Part shown: positions 19,501 to 28,824 of the stretch, piece after piece
How positions within the stretch are numbered: position 1 is the first letter of the stretch
Layout: every line of letters starts with the position of its first letter
From: a virus
Taxonomy: Duplodnaviria; Caudoviricetes
IMG/VR virus record: IMGVR_UViG_3300035182_001315
Length of the DNA: 64,000 nucleotides
Strand: one strand, 5' to 3'
Notes under the pieces: generated by a model
Database searches by the model: none
What the model was told of the DNA's origin: nothing
What the model saw: the letters and a program-made list of their open reading frames with translations, nothing else
Program-made: the position numbers and the translations under genes

Positions 19501-20280
19501 TTATTGAATTTCTTCTTCTTCGTAATCGTCTGGAACGGTAAATGACTGCTTAACTGATGAGTCAACAAAGTTACCATCGATATCATCTTTTCTTAGAACA
19601 TATTCTGGCGCAGCTGTATCTGGGATTGGGCCTTCCACTTCCTTGAAGTAATCGCTAAGCTTGATGTTGTAAGGGAATGAATCCATTGAACGCATTTCCA
19701 ACTTTTCAACTGGAGTAGGATTTCTTTTTACAATTTCCTTTTCAAGCGTATCAATCTTCTGAGTAATGGTATCCATATTTGCAACCTTGCTTTCCAATTC
19801 AGAAAACTTGCTTAACAAAGCTGATGTTTTCATGTCAGCATCCTTAGCCGCATCTGTAGCTTCCTTGCTACCCTGAACCAATTGGGTTACGTCAATATCA
19901 ACCTCACCTTCGCCACCGGCATCTGGACCCGCTGCATCCGTACCATCTGGTGGCGGAAGAGCTGGAATAGAATCACCGCTTGCATCACCCGCTGGGGCCG
20001 CATTAGGGTCTGCTGGGGCACCTGCCGCCGCATCTGGAGCCGGAGCACCGGCTGGTGGAGCATCCCCGGCGTTTGCCGCTGTCTTTGAGTCGTCTGGAAC
20101 ACCGGCTGCTGGCGCACCTGCCGCAGGAGCTGCGTTAGGGTCTTCGTCCGCCTCATCTACTGAACCAAGAATAAGGTCATCCGTCTTCTTTGGTTCCTCA
20201 GTATAAAAGCTATACTCGGAAAGGAGCCTGAATTTCTTCAGTTCCTCGTTTAATAAGTTTTGGTTGAGCTTCTTCTTCAT
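19501..20280 (-). CDS. Acidic Ala/Pro-rich protein with coiled coil; possible scaffold/internal head protein
   Basis: N-terminus MKKKLNQNLLNEELKKFRLLSEY; APAAGAPA low-complexity tract; coiled coil LSKFSELESKV...LEKEI. Confidence 0.55.
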   Translation of the reverse strand: MKKKLNQNLLNEELKKFRLLSEYSFYTEEPKKTDDLILGSVDEADEDPNAAPAAGAPAAGVPDDSKTAANAGDAPPAGAPAPDAAAGAPADPNAAPAGDASGDSIPALPPPDGTDAAGPDAGGEGEVDIDVTQLVQGSKEATDAAKDADMKTSALLSKFSELESKVANMDTITQKIDTLEKEIVKRNPTPVEKLEMRSMDSFPYNIKLSDYFKEVEGPIPDTAAPEYVLRKDDIDGNFVDSSVKQSFTVPDDYEEEEIQ

Positions 20281-20281
20281 G

Positions 20282-20467
20282 TTATATCAGTAATTGTCTG
20301 CCGTCTTCTGTTATTATCTTCTTGTTGATTTTTTCAACAAGGCTTTTGTCACCCTTGATTACACAAACACCTGAACTGCAATCCATATCTGGATTAATCT
20401 CAGGCGGCTGGCAATCCAAATAGGAATCCATTGCGTGTTGTAGGTTCGTTTTCTTGTCGTTTGGCAT
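20282..20467 (-). CDS. Small hypothetical protein
   Basis: 61 aa; ATATTTAT motif upstream; 1-nt gap to the next gene. Confidence 0.7.
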   Translation of the reverse strand: MPNDKKTNLQHAMDSYLDCQPPEINPDMDCSSGVCVIKGDKSLVEKINKKIITEDGRQLLI

Positions 20468-20506
20468 ATTTATAACGTTTTTATGTATATAAATATCTGA
20501 ATTTCA

Positions 20507-20908
20507 TTAAAAAATCCTCTTTATGTTCCAAAACACCAATTCCTTGTTATCAAGGAGAATCAGCTTGTTCTGGTACAGACTCCAATCGATTTGGAATGTC
20601 TTAGGATTAATGTTGCCGATAGCGTCCCCAGCATCCTGAATTACAAGCTGGTTTAGGGCATTTATCGTGTATAGTGCATCGCCTTTCTTATGAATAATCG
20701 TGGCGTTGGGAAAAAGATTCTTCAGATTGAGGTGCTTGTTCTCAGCCAAGGTAAGCTTGAATGTTACAATAACCTTCGATTCGTCATCCAGATTCTTATA
20801 ACAAAAAACCTTGCTCTTTGGAATGTTGAATTTTTCCTCTAAATAGCCAATAAACCAGTCAACTCGCTCAGGGAACACAAATGATGCTAATAGTATAATT
20901 TTATCCAT
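20507..20908 (-). CDS. Hypothetical protein
   Basis: 133 aa; overlaps the upstream gene by 8 nt. Confidence 0.7.
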   Translation of the reverse strand: MDKIILLASFVFPERVDWFIGYLEEKFNIPKSKVFCYKNLDDESKVIVTFKLTLAENKHLNLKNLFPNATIIHKKGDALYTINALNQLVIQDAGDAIGNINPKTFQIDWSLYQNKLILLDNKELVFWNIKRIF

Positions 20909-21497
20909 TTTCTATTGAATACAAGTAGGGTATAAATTTAACTTGGTTATCAAGATTTTCTACTCGTTTTTTGTATTCAATAAATATGGACTCATCCTTC
21001 AAAAAGATACTGCTTTTTTTTATTATCTTCTCTTTGAGCTTATCTACGTTTAAATTCATGAAAGATAATAGACTCAAATCAATTCCAAAGATTAATTTCT
21101 CACCATAGAGGTAAATCATGCTCTGATGCTCATACGCAATTACACTTGAAAGACTGCATATCTTTTTAACAATTTTGCGTATCTTTTTACCACTCATGAT
21201 GATAGGGTCAACAAATACATAACTAACATCTGTTATTAAATTTTTATATGTTCTTTCGGTAAAGTTGTAAATGTCTTCCTCGTGTAGGTCACGCTTCTCG
21301 TGCTTCTTAAAGGTCCACCAAAGATTTGGCCCAAGCTCACGTGTGATGATGTTGTAATCTGGATAGTGCTTTTTAACATAATCCCAGCCAATGATTAACG
21401 TGGGCAATCCCTGAATGATATCATCCAAGGATTGAACCACATTAAAATCTTCTGAAACATTTATATTAGCAAGTGAAACAATGTTAGCTATCTTCAT
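20901..21497 (-). CDS. Hypothetical protein
   Basis: 198 aa; a TATCTTTG promoter element lies immediately upstream. Confidence 0.7.
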   Translation of the reverse strand: MKIANIVSLANINVSEDFNVVQSLDDIIQGLPTLIIGWDYVKKHYPDYNIITRELGPNLWWTFKKHEKRDLHEEDIYNFTERTYKNLITDVSYVFVDPIIMSGKKIRKIVKKICSLSSVIAYEHQSMIYLYGEKLIFGIDLSLLSFMNLNVDKLKEKIIKKSSIFLKDESIFIEYKKRVENLDNQVKFIPYLYSIENG

Positions 21498-21501
21498 TTT
21501 G

Positions 21502-21529
21502 CAAAGATACTAAAAAATTACCAAGCAAG
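21502..21529 (-). promoter_or_regulatory. Bacteroidota-type promoter (TATCTTTG)
   Basis: caaagata at 21502-21509 with CTTG upstream; implies a very short leader. Confidence 0.65.
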
Positions 21530-24500
21530 TGCGTCACCTGTTGCATTAAAGCGTAACAAGAAATCTTCAGCATACTTGCTTCTATTCGATTGATTATAAA
21601 CCTTATCGGCGTTATATATCTCTATTGTCTTATAACAGAACGTACAAATTTCAACCATCTTCGCAAATAGGAATGCCGCTGTATATGCATTCAATCCCGG
21701 TGTATTCTGGGCCGCTCTTACGAACGCTGCAAAGTGCTGAGTGTAGCCATCAGTTAACTTGGTTACCTCACTCAACGCTGTTGTGCCCAACGCCTTGAAC
21801 ATGTCTGGATAAGCCCCTTTATTCCACTGAATAAGACCGTAAGAATACTTTCCGTTTGTATCTAAGTGTTTTATTGTAGGGTTGAAACCAGATTCCACTT
21901 GAATGTTACCCATGATACCGGCTGTTAGCATCTTTGCCAAATCTACACCAAAATTAAGTGTGTTAACAAAATAATTCTTCAGGAAGTTTTTAACAATGAT
22001 TTGATTATCCTGTCTGTCCTGTTTTGTAATTTTTGTTGAAAGAACGTTTGAACCATCACCATTCTTCACCGCAGCATAATCACAATCCTTACCACTATAT
22101 ACCGCCAACGTACCATTCTGTTCCTTAGGATTTGTCACGCTTGCATCATATGGCTTGTCTGTTGTAACAACATGGCCATGGATATTCGGACTCTTCGCAA
22201 GAATACATGCCGCTGACTTACCGTGATATTCAAAGTGCCAGAACTCTTCAAGTCCAACACCATCTCTCAATTTCGCAGGAATAATGAAACCAAACCTGTA
22301 TGAGTTATCCAATAACCAAATCAATGCTTGGTTGCTTGCCGGATTGGTTGGGTCAAAGTTATAACCCTGTATGATGTTTGATTTGTTGTCAACATAGTTT
22401 GGAATGATATTACCAGCCTTCGTCATGAATTGGAAGTCAATTGCAATACCCCAACCGTGATTGGATGTACCCACCGGCGCAGAAGTGTTCGGATGCTTGT
22501 CCCTGATAGCCTGCTGCTGAGGAATGGTTCTGAAAGCTGAATTGATGAAAGCATAGTTTCCACCATTACCAACAAAGCCATTCGCCTTCATATAAGAAAC
22601 GAATTCAGTAAGCATTGCCTTAAGTGGCTGAATAGCCTCGGCCAATAACTTAGGTGTATCGTCAATGTTGTTCTTGATACCAGTTGGAAATACGATATCA
22701 GCAAGAGTGATGTTACCCTGTCTGTCAACATTCGCATTCGATGCTCCATTGTTTATAAGAGTTCTTATGATTGGTGCAACGCCAGTTACGGTAGCTGTAA
22801 GAACTGTACCGGCAGCAGTCTTAGGAAGCTCAAAGCTATCCAATAATGCTGAATACAATGCAGCCGCATCCAAGATTGGAGTTTCAATTGCTTTGATTCT
22901 TGTTCCGGTGAAGGTTGTTGTCATGTGATTTGGAACAATCTTATGTCTTACCTTGGTAATCATGTAAGCACCATGGAACATAGGAATATTTTCCAACTGG
23001 AAGTACATCATTGGTTGAATCATGGCGTTGCCAAGCATATCAACTTCTGTCTTGTAGCTTCTTGCTGAATACACGTTATAAAGGTTCTGACCAATGTATG
23101 ATTGGTTCGTATTTGATAAACGATTTGCAATGTTGTCTGTAATCTGTAATGACTCCGCCGTTTCACTGAACTCAGATTGGTCAAGCATGATATCCTTGAA
23201 CATGTTCTGGTTCTGCTGACCATACCTCACAACAAATGCAGCATTCATATCCTCGTAAGGTTGCTTAGGTGTACCAAAGTCTGGTGGATGAATCGCTGGA
23301 TCCCCTCTTAAATCGAAACCATCGTTTGGATATTGTGAATCCTTACCGAAATCCAATTTAGTAGATGTCTGTCCAATATATACACAAACGAATGATGGGC
23401 CTGAAGCCGCAATGTTCGCTGATTCATAATAAGGGAACGGAGTAAACATCGCCTTCAACTCATTTGGGTCATTGTAATTAATAAATGATGGTAACGCAAC
23501 AAAATCAAAATTGTTGTCGGTCAGGATTCTGCTGATAAGGTCATAGAAACTGATGTTGGTATCCTCTTGCAAAAGCTTGCTGATGATAATTGGATTGATT
23601 TGGAAATCATCACCGATATCCTTGAAGGACCTCGTTACAAACCTGAAGCTGTCAATAAGGTCAAGTGAATCACCCAATCCAGCTTTAAGTTTATTGAGGT
23701 TATTCATTGCCTTGTCCGTTGGTAAACGGTCAGCATTGGTCTTGCAACACTGGAAGATTACAGCGTCACCATTCTCAGAATCACCAATCCACTTATCATA
23801 AATTTTCTTTATGGTACGGTAGATTTCAAGTTTCACTTCCTCAAGCTCATTATTATTGAATTTCTTTTGTTCGTTGGTACCAACAATAGTCTTAACTGCC
23901 TCAGTAATTGTATTCATATACGTTGAGAAGTCAGTCTTTGAGATTGTCACCGGCTGATAAATAGTAGGTGCATCATTAAGCCCCTCGCTCCACATGAAGA
24001 TAGAATCGTTAGCAAGATACTTGTAATCAACAACCATGTTCTTTAAAAGAATAGCTGGTGCAGTATCGTTGTCATCCTTGAATTCTACAAAGAAATTATA
24101 TCTGAATAGGTCGTCATATCTGTCACCCTCTGGCACAAATGTGAAGCTATTGAATGTTTTTTCAAAACTGTTGGTAGCATTTCTTGGTCTGAAGAACTGG
24201 TGTACGGTTGCCAACGGAACTGTAGCTGTGGTACCATTAACGGTTACCGCAGCATTCATACCATCCCATGCAGCTACCCAACCAGCATCATTACCTTCAA
24301 CAAAACTACCGGCAGTTGGTATGATTTCGAAGTTTACTCTGTCGTTGTCAAAGCTCTTTACAAACGCATCGAACTCAGCCAAGAATTTCTGTTGTACACC
24401 TTCTGGAAGAGTTACCAGAGCTGTTTCAAGCTTTGTATATCTTTGATTCAATACACTACCACGAGCATTAAAGCTCATTGGCGCTGACATTGATTCGTTA

Positions 24501-27500
24501 TCCAATTGCTGAATCATATACTCATCGGTTGCTGGTAAAGCATCACCAAAATATTCTTCAAATGTTGGAATAAGGTAATCATTGTTAAACTTGCTTCTGA
24601 AAAGAATTGGGTCTGGGTTGCCAGCTAATCCTTCACGATATCTCCATAACAAACCACCAATAAATGCTGGAAGCATCTTTGGCACCTGTACGAAACCAGC
24701 TCTTAACTGGAAGGTATTCAAGAATTCTGGTTGCTTTAATAAACCAAGATTTGAATCAAAGTTCTGTACGTTTCTTGCAAGGCTCTTGATGGTATTGGTG
24801 AAAGGTTCCATTGAAGTTAATCCCTTCCATGGCATACAATGCAAGAACAATAATGCCTTTGCCTTTACGGTTGGCTGAGCATGGTAGAAACGGCTACCAA
24901 ACAAACTTACCTGACCCTGTAACGGTGGACCGTCAACCCCCGGCAAATAGTCTGTAATAGCATAAACACCAAAGTTTACCCATGGGTATGCCAATAGGTT
25001 TGAATTGTTATTGTTAGCTGCATCAGCAATTAACCCAACGTTTCTACCCATCAATTCACGGTTTCTCCATGTTGAACCGATACGACCAAAGCTCGCATCA
25101 TCACACGCATCATTTGGTTCAAGCTTACCACCACCAACTGAATATGGAAGAGTTATTGTTGTACCAATATCATAGACGGTTGAATAAGGTTTACCATCTA
25201 CACCGGCAGTTACCTTTCTTGTTTTGGTTAACCCCGGAAACAAAAGAGTCTTAATTGTCAACTCATTTAATATGTCGATTGAACCAATCTTTAACGTACC
25301 CAAAAAGTTAAGGGCACTATAGTTCTTGGTTGCAAGTCTGTTACCATCATCATAGAATACGGTATAGAACGGTGAATCAGAATTCGAACCATCGTAATGA
25401 ATTCTCTTGAACTCCTGTACACCAAAGCTACCTGTGCTTGTACCCAATCCCATACCCTGAATATCAGCTGGGCCAGTAACACTGGTTCTAAGACCATTGA
25501 ACTGAATAGCCGCTTGGTTACCACTGGGACTTGCATTGGCCTTCATATCATAATCATTCTTTTCAATGACTGTAAGATATGATGCATCATCATTCTTCTC
25601 AGAAGTTTTGAATACAAGCTTTGAGTTAACATTCGCAATGTGGTATCCAGCATTTTCAACTTCATTATTTACATTAAGGATTGGAACATATGTTTGATTG
25701 GTGAAACCTGATTGAATCGGTAATATCTTCCTTCCGTAATAATCATAGATATAAACATATTCCCACTTGTCACCAGAGTTCTTGAACATCGGTGCGTTCT
25801 TTCCATTGATTCTACCAGTTACCGCAGCAAACTTGTCTGGGGTATCGTAGTTAGCATTCAAAAGATTGATAAGCTTGTTGTCAGCTGATTTATATTTTTT
25901 AAGAAGAAGATTAGCTTCCTCAGCTGCAAATGATTTGATTTCTTCGGAAGTCAATCCAGAATTTGCAAAGCCCATGAAGCCGGTAGCCCTAAGAGATACC
26001 AATCTTGCGATATCATCATGAGTCGCTGAAGCTGGCAATCTATCGTAAGGTGTTACGTTGTCAGTAAAGAATGATGAGTCATGCGGAGTCATGGCATACC
26101 ATGTAGGTACATTGTTGTTTATGATTTGGTCAATCTTTTGCTGAACCAAACCAGACACAAGCATACCCTGATACAATTCTTCGACGAATTGAATTTCTGG
26201 TACATTCTGTGGTGCTGTCAATACACCCTTGGCTCCAAGGTACTTTTCTTTGTTATTTTCATTGTACTCTGGCCATGGGTAAATCACGTCACTGTTACTT
26301 GCAATGTCGGTATTCTTAGACTTCACGAATTTTTTAAGTTCGTTTGTTCTAAGTTCGTTGTCCTTGTATTTGGCAGAAACTTCGAAGATTTGTTGTAAGA
26401 ATATTTCAACGTGAGTTGTAAATAACTTAAAGATACTACGGATGCTGGTATCAAAACCAAGTTGTCTTGTAATAAGGTCCTTCAGCTTCAAAGCTACAAA
26501 CTTTGTAAGCTCATCCTGCTTGTTTGATAATCCAACCAATTTATCGTCCACCAACGCCAATAATGTAGTAAAGTCATAGAACCTTATCCAACCATTGTTG
26601 TCATTAGCAATGTTGTTTGCAGCCAGCTTAAGCCTCTTGATGATAACTTCAGCAGCTCCGGTGTCAGATTGTGTGATTCCGTACTCACTTGTGATTTTAT
26701 CATAAACGAAAGGTCTGTTTGATTTAAGACTGCTTGGTGTAACAATAATAGACTGTGGACTGAAGTTCGTTTGAGTAATAAGAAGCTCAGTTATTGAACC
26801 AGCCTTAGTATTATATGTTGTTACAAGGTCAGCAAAGTTTTTTGTAAAGGTATTTACGACAGCATTGTTGTCGGCATCAGGAAATTGCTGATTAAGAACA
26901 GTACCATCCTGATTTGGGTCACGGATAATAACAATTGACTCATTCAACGGAGCCGGAACCTCGTATTTGTCATATTTGAACTTCAATTCGGCTGTACTGG
27001 TGATTTCCAATCTCATTGACTCAAGATTTTGTCTCAGGTCATTGATGATTGCAAGGTTATTGGTATCCTCATCGTTGTTATTCAATAATTGGCTCTTTAC
27101 AAGGCTGTCAATGTTGGCAATCTTCTGCAAGAACTCATTTATTGATGGTACGCCCTTCGCAGCAAGCAATTGCTTACCTCTTGGTGTTTCAGCAGCAGCC
27201 TTCAGGTATCCAATAATCATGTCCGCAAGCATTGCATAGGTATAACCAACGAAATTTGCATTAAGTTCAAAGTTTCCTGTCTGGGAATTGAACCTTGTGT
27301 TCATTTTCGTCATGTGAAGACAATACTTCACCGGCTTACCATAATAACCCTTGATTGTAAGCTCGAATATTGGGTAAGGCAGCTTGAAGAATACACCAAA
27401 CTTGGATTTGCCACCGTTTTGGAATATTGAACCACCACGAACGTCGATAAAGCTGATGTTTACCTGTGGTGCATAAGATGAGTTGAAGTCAATATCGATG

Positions 27501-27865
27501 CTGGTGATACCCAGTGTCTCTTCGATGTCAGTTAATTCAGTACTTAACTCTGTATATTTGGTTGTAAGGTAATCTTGGTTGCCGGTTGTCTTGTCAGAAG
27601 TACCATCAATGAAGTTTACCTTCACAATGCTGGAACTCTTGTTTCCGTTGGCTTCACTTATTGAAAGGCTGATATCATTCTGGGTAGTCAATACGGTTCT
27701 GGCCTTTGAACTTGTCTTAAGCTCAACGGTAATGGAAAGGTCTTCCATTGGAACCGACATGTTATACCTGTTATCACCGAAAACACCACCTGAATATTGT
27801 CCATCAAAGTTGTTTGGGTCAACGAGGGTCAATCGGGTGCCGATTGGTGTTGGTTTATCCGCCAT
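21518..27865 (-). CDS. Giant baseplate hub/tail-tip protein with C-terminal M15-type peptidase and phage-tail-lysozyme-like domains
   Basis: 2115 aa. SAFRTIPQQ...SNHGWGIAID...EFWHFEY (VanY/M15B zinc site); AGIMGNIQVESGFNP...YGLIQW (lysozyme-like); VDMLGNAMIQP hub-like motif. Confidence 0.8.
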   Translation of the reverse strand: MADKPTPIGTRLTLVDPNNFDGQYSGGVFGDNRYNMSVPMEDLSITVELKTSSKARTVLTTQNDISLSISEANGNKSSSIVKVNFIDGTSDKTTGNQDYLTTKYTELSTELTDIEETLGITSIDIDFNSSYAPQVNISFIDVRGGSIFQNGGKSKFGVFFKLPYPIFELTIKGYYGKPVKYCLHMTKMNTRFNSQTGNFELNANFVGYTYAMLADMIIGYLKAAAETPRGKQLLAAKGVPSINEFLQKIANIDSLVKSQLLNNNDEDTNNLAIINDLRQNLESMRLEITSTAELKFKYDKYEVPAPLNESIVIIRDPNQDGTVLNQQFPDADNNAVVNTFTKNFADLVTTYNTKAGSITELLITQTNFSPQSIIVTPSSLKSNRPFVYDKITSEYGITQSDTGAAEVIIKRLKLAANNIANDNNGWIRFYDFTTLLALVDDKLVGLSNKQDELTKFVALKLKDLITRQLGFDTSIRSIFKLFTTHVEIFLQQIFEVSAKYKDNELRTNELKKFVKSKNTDIASNSDVIYPWPEYNENNKEKYLGAKGVLTAPQNVPEIQFVEELYQGMLVSGLVQQKIDQIINNNVPTWYAMTPHDSSFFTDNVTPYDRLPASATHDDIARLVSLRATGFMGFANSGLTSEEIKSFAAEEANLLLKKYKSADNKLINLLNANYDTPDKFAAVTGRINGKNAPMFKNSGDKWEYVYIYDYYGRKILPIQSGFTNQTYVPILNVNNEVENAGYHIANVNSKLVFKTSEKNDDASYLTVIEKNDYDMKANASPSGNQAAIQFNGLRTSVTGPADIQGMGLGTSTGSFGVQEFKRIHYDGSNSDSPFYTVFYDDGNRLATKNYSALNFLGTLKIGSIDILNELTIKTLLFPGLTKTRKVTAGVDGKPYSTVYDIGTTITLPYSVGGGKLEPNDACDDASFGRIGSTWRNRELMGRNVGLIADAANNNNSNLLAYPWVNFGVYAITDYLPGVDGPPLQGQVSLFGSRFYHAQPTVKAKALLFLHCMPWKGLTSMEPFTNTIKSLARNVQNFDSNLGLLKQPEFLNTFQLRAGFVQVPKMLPAFIGGLLWRYREGLAGNPDPILFRSKFNNDYLIPTFEEYFGDALPATDEYMIQQLDNESMSAPMSFNARGSVLNQRYTKLETALVTLPEGVQQKFLAEFDAFVKSFDNDRVNFEIIPTAGSFVEGNDAGWVAAWDGMNAAVTVNGTTATVPLATVHQFFRPRNATNSFEKTFNSFTFVPEGDRYDDLFRYNFFVEFKDDNDTAPAILLKNMVVDYKYLANDSIFMWSEGLNDAPTIYQPVTISKTDFSTYMNTITEAVKTIVGTNEQKKFNNNELEEVKLEIYRTIKKIYDKWIGDSENGDAVIFQCCKTNADRLPTDKAMNNLNKLKAGLGDSLDLIDSFRFVTRSFKDIGDDFQINPIIISKLLQEDTNISFYDLISRILTDNNFDFVALPSFINYNDPNELKAMFTPFPYYESANIAASGPSFVCVYIGQTSTKLDFGKDSQYPNDGFDLRGDPAIHPPDFGTPKQPYEDMNAAFVVRYGQQNQNMFKDIMLDQSEFSETAESLQITDNIANRLSNTNQSYIGQNLYNVYSARSYKTEVDMLGNAMIQPMMYFQLENIPMFHGAYMITKVRHKIVPNHMTTTFTGTRIKAIETPILDAAALYSALLDSFELPKTAAGTVLTATVTGVAPIIRTLINNGASNANVDRQGNITLADIVFPTGIKNNIDDTPKLLAEAIQPLKAMLTEFVSYMKANGFVGNGGNYAFINSAFRTIPQQQAIRDKHPNTSAPVGTSNHGWGIAIDFQFMTKAGNIIPNYVDNKSNIIQGYNFDPTNPASNQALIWLLDNSYRFGFIIPAKLRDGVGLEEFWHFEYHGKSAACILAKSPNIHGHVVTTDKPYDASVTNPKEQNGTLAVYSGKDCDYAAVKNGDGSNVLSTKITKQDRQDNQIIVKNFLKNYFVNTLNFGVDLAKMLTAGIMGNIQVESGFNPTIKHLDTNGKYSYGLIQWNKGAYPDMFKALGTTALSEVTKLTDGYTQHFAAFVRAAQNTPGLNAYTAAFLFAKMVEICTFCYKTIEIYNADKVYNQSNRSKYAEDFLLRFNATGDALAW

Positions 27866-28175
27866 AAAGAATGTTATATTTGTTTACTTCCTGTAAATAC
27901 CTGCTAATTCCACTCTCAAATGGAAATGGAATCGTTATTCTTGACAAATCAGGAATCAAAAACTCCAAACCGCCAAGCTGAGGGTTAGCCAACATAATCA
28001 ACCAACCACAGTATGGTGTATTATAGTACGTATTGCTCAATTTGTCAAGCCTTGTCTCACCAAGCTTATACACAACTACCTTATCTCCATTGCTTGGCGG
28101 CAAAGAAATACCCGGTATTGGCTTCATGCTACCGTTATAGCGAAATTCGTCGTAACGGTCGAAATATTTACTCAT
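27855..28175 (-). CDS. LysM / tail-X-like baseplate protein
   Basis: GETRLDKLSNTYYNTPYCGWLIMLANP; sits between tube-initiator-like and hub genes. Confidence 0.7.
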   Translation of the reverse strand: MSKYFDRYDEFRYNGSMKPIPGISLPPSNGDKVVVYKLGETRLDKLSNTYYNTPYCGWLIMLANPQLGGLEFLIPDLSRITIPFPFESGISRYLQEVNKYNILYGG

Positions 28176-28176
28176 C

Positions 28177-28814
28177 TTATACTATTTTAGCTCTTTTAAC
28201 CTTCCTATTCACATGACTACAAAGGGGTTGTAGATTTGTATAATGGTTCAGTTTTATTATTTCTTCCTCAGTTTTAACTGAAGAAAGTGGTATTATATGG
28301 TTCGATAACACCATCTTTTGGATTCCCGTAGTTCTCCCAACTCATCCAACTTTCAAAATTTAATTCCAAATGATTTTTAAATTCTTCGGTTGTACAACCT
28401 AAGATATCATTTGTTTTTGATTTCTTCTGAAAATTATTAAACTTGAGTGAATTTGAAATTAAATGTCTGATATTCTCACTTAGACGATAATTTGTATCAA
28501 CTTCCCTACGCTTCTTATTTCGATTATTTACATTCTCCTTATTTTCCTGATACCAAGTTTTTTGGTAATTTGGATTATTTTCGAAAAATGTTTCCTGATT
28601 CTTTTTTAATTTGTCTGGATTTGATTCTCTCCACTTCTTGTTTCTTATTTTATATTCGTCTATATTTTTTTTTATAATGTTCCAAGGCATTTTTACTACT
28701 GCAAACCTTGCATTCATTTCTATAACCATCCTTAGAAATCTTCCTTTTACCAAATTCAGACAATTTCTTTTCAAAGCCACACTTAATACATGTCTTTTTG
28801 GGATATTTTAGCAT
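28177..28814 (-). pseudogene. HNH homing endonuclease pseudogene (two lesions)
   Basis: Three frames: MLKYPKKTCIKC...ECKVC...HYKK | KNIDEYK...WENYGNPKDGVIEP | HIIPLSSVKTEEEIIKLNHYTNLQPLCSHVN...*. Extra A in the A9 run (28665-28673) and a deletion at ~28299 removing the residues before the catalytic His. Confidence 0.85.
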
Positions 28815-28824
28815 TTTTTAAGGT

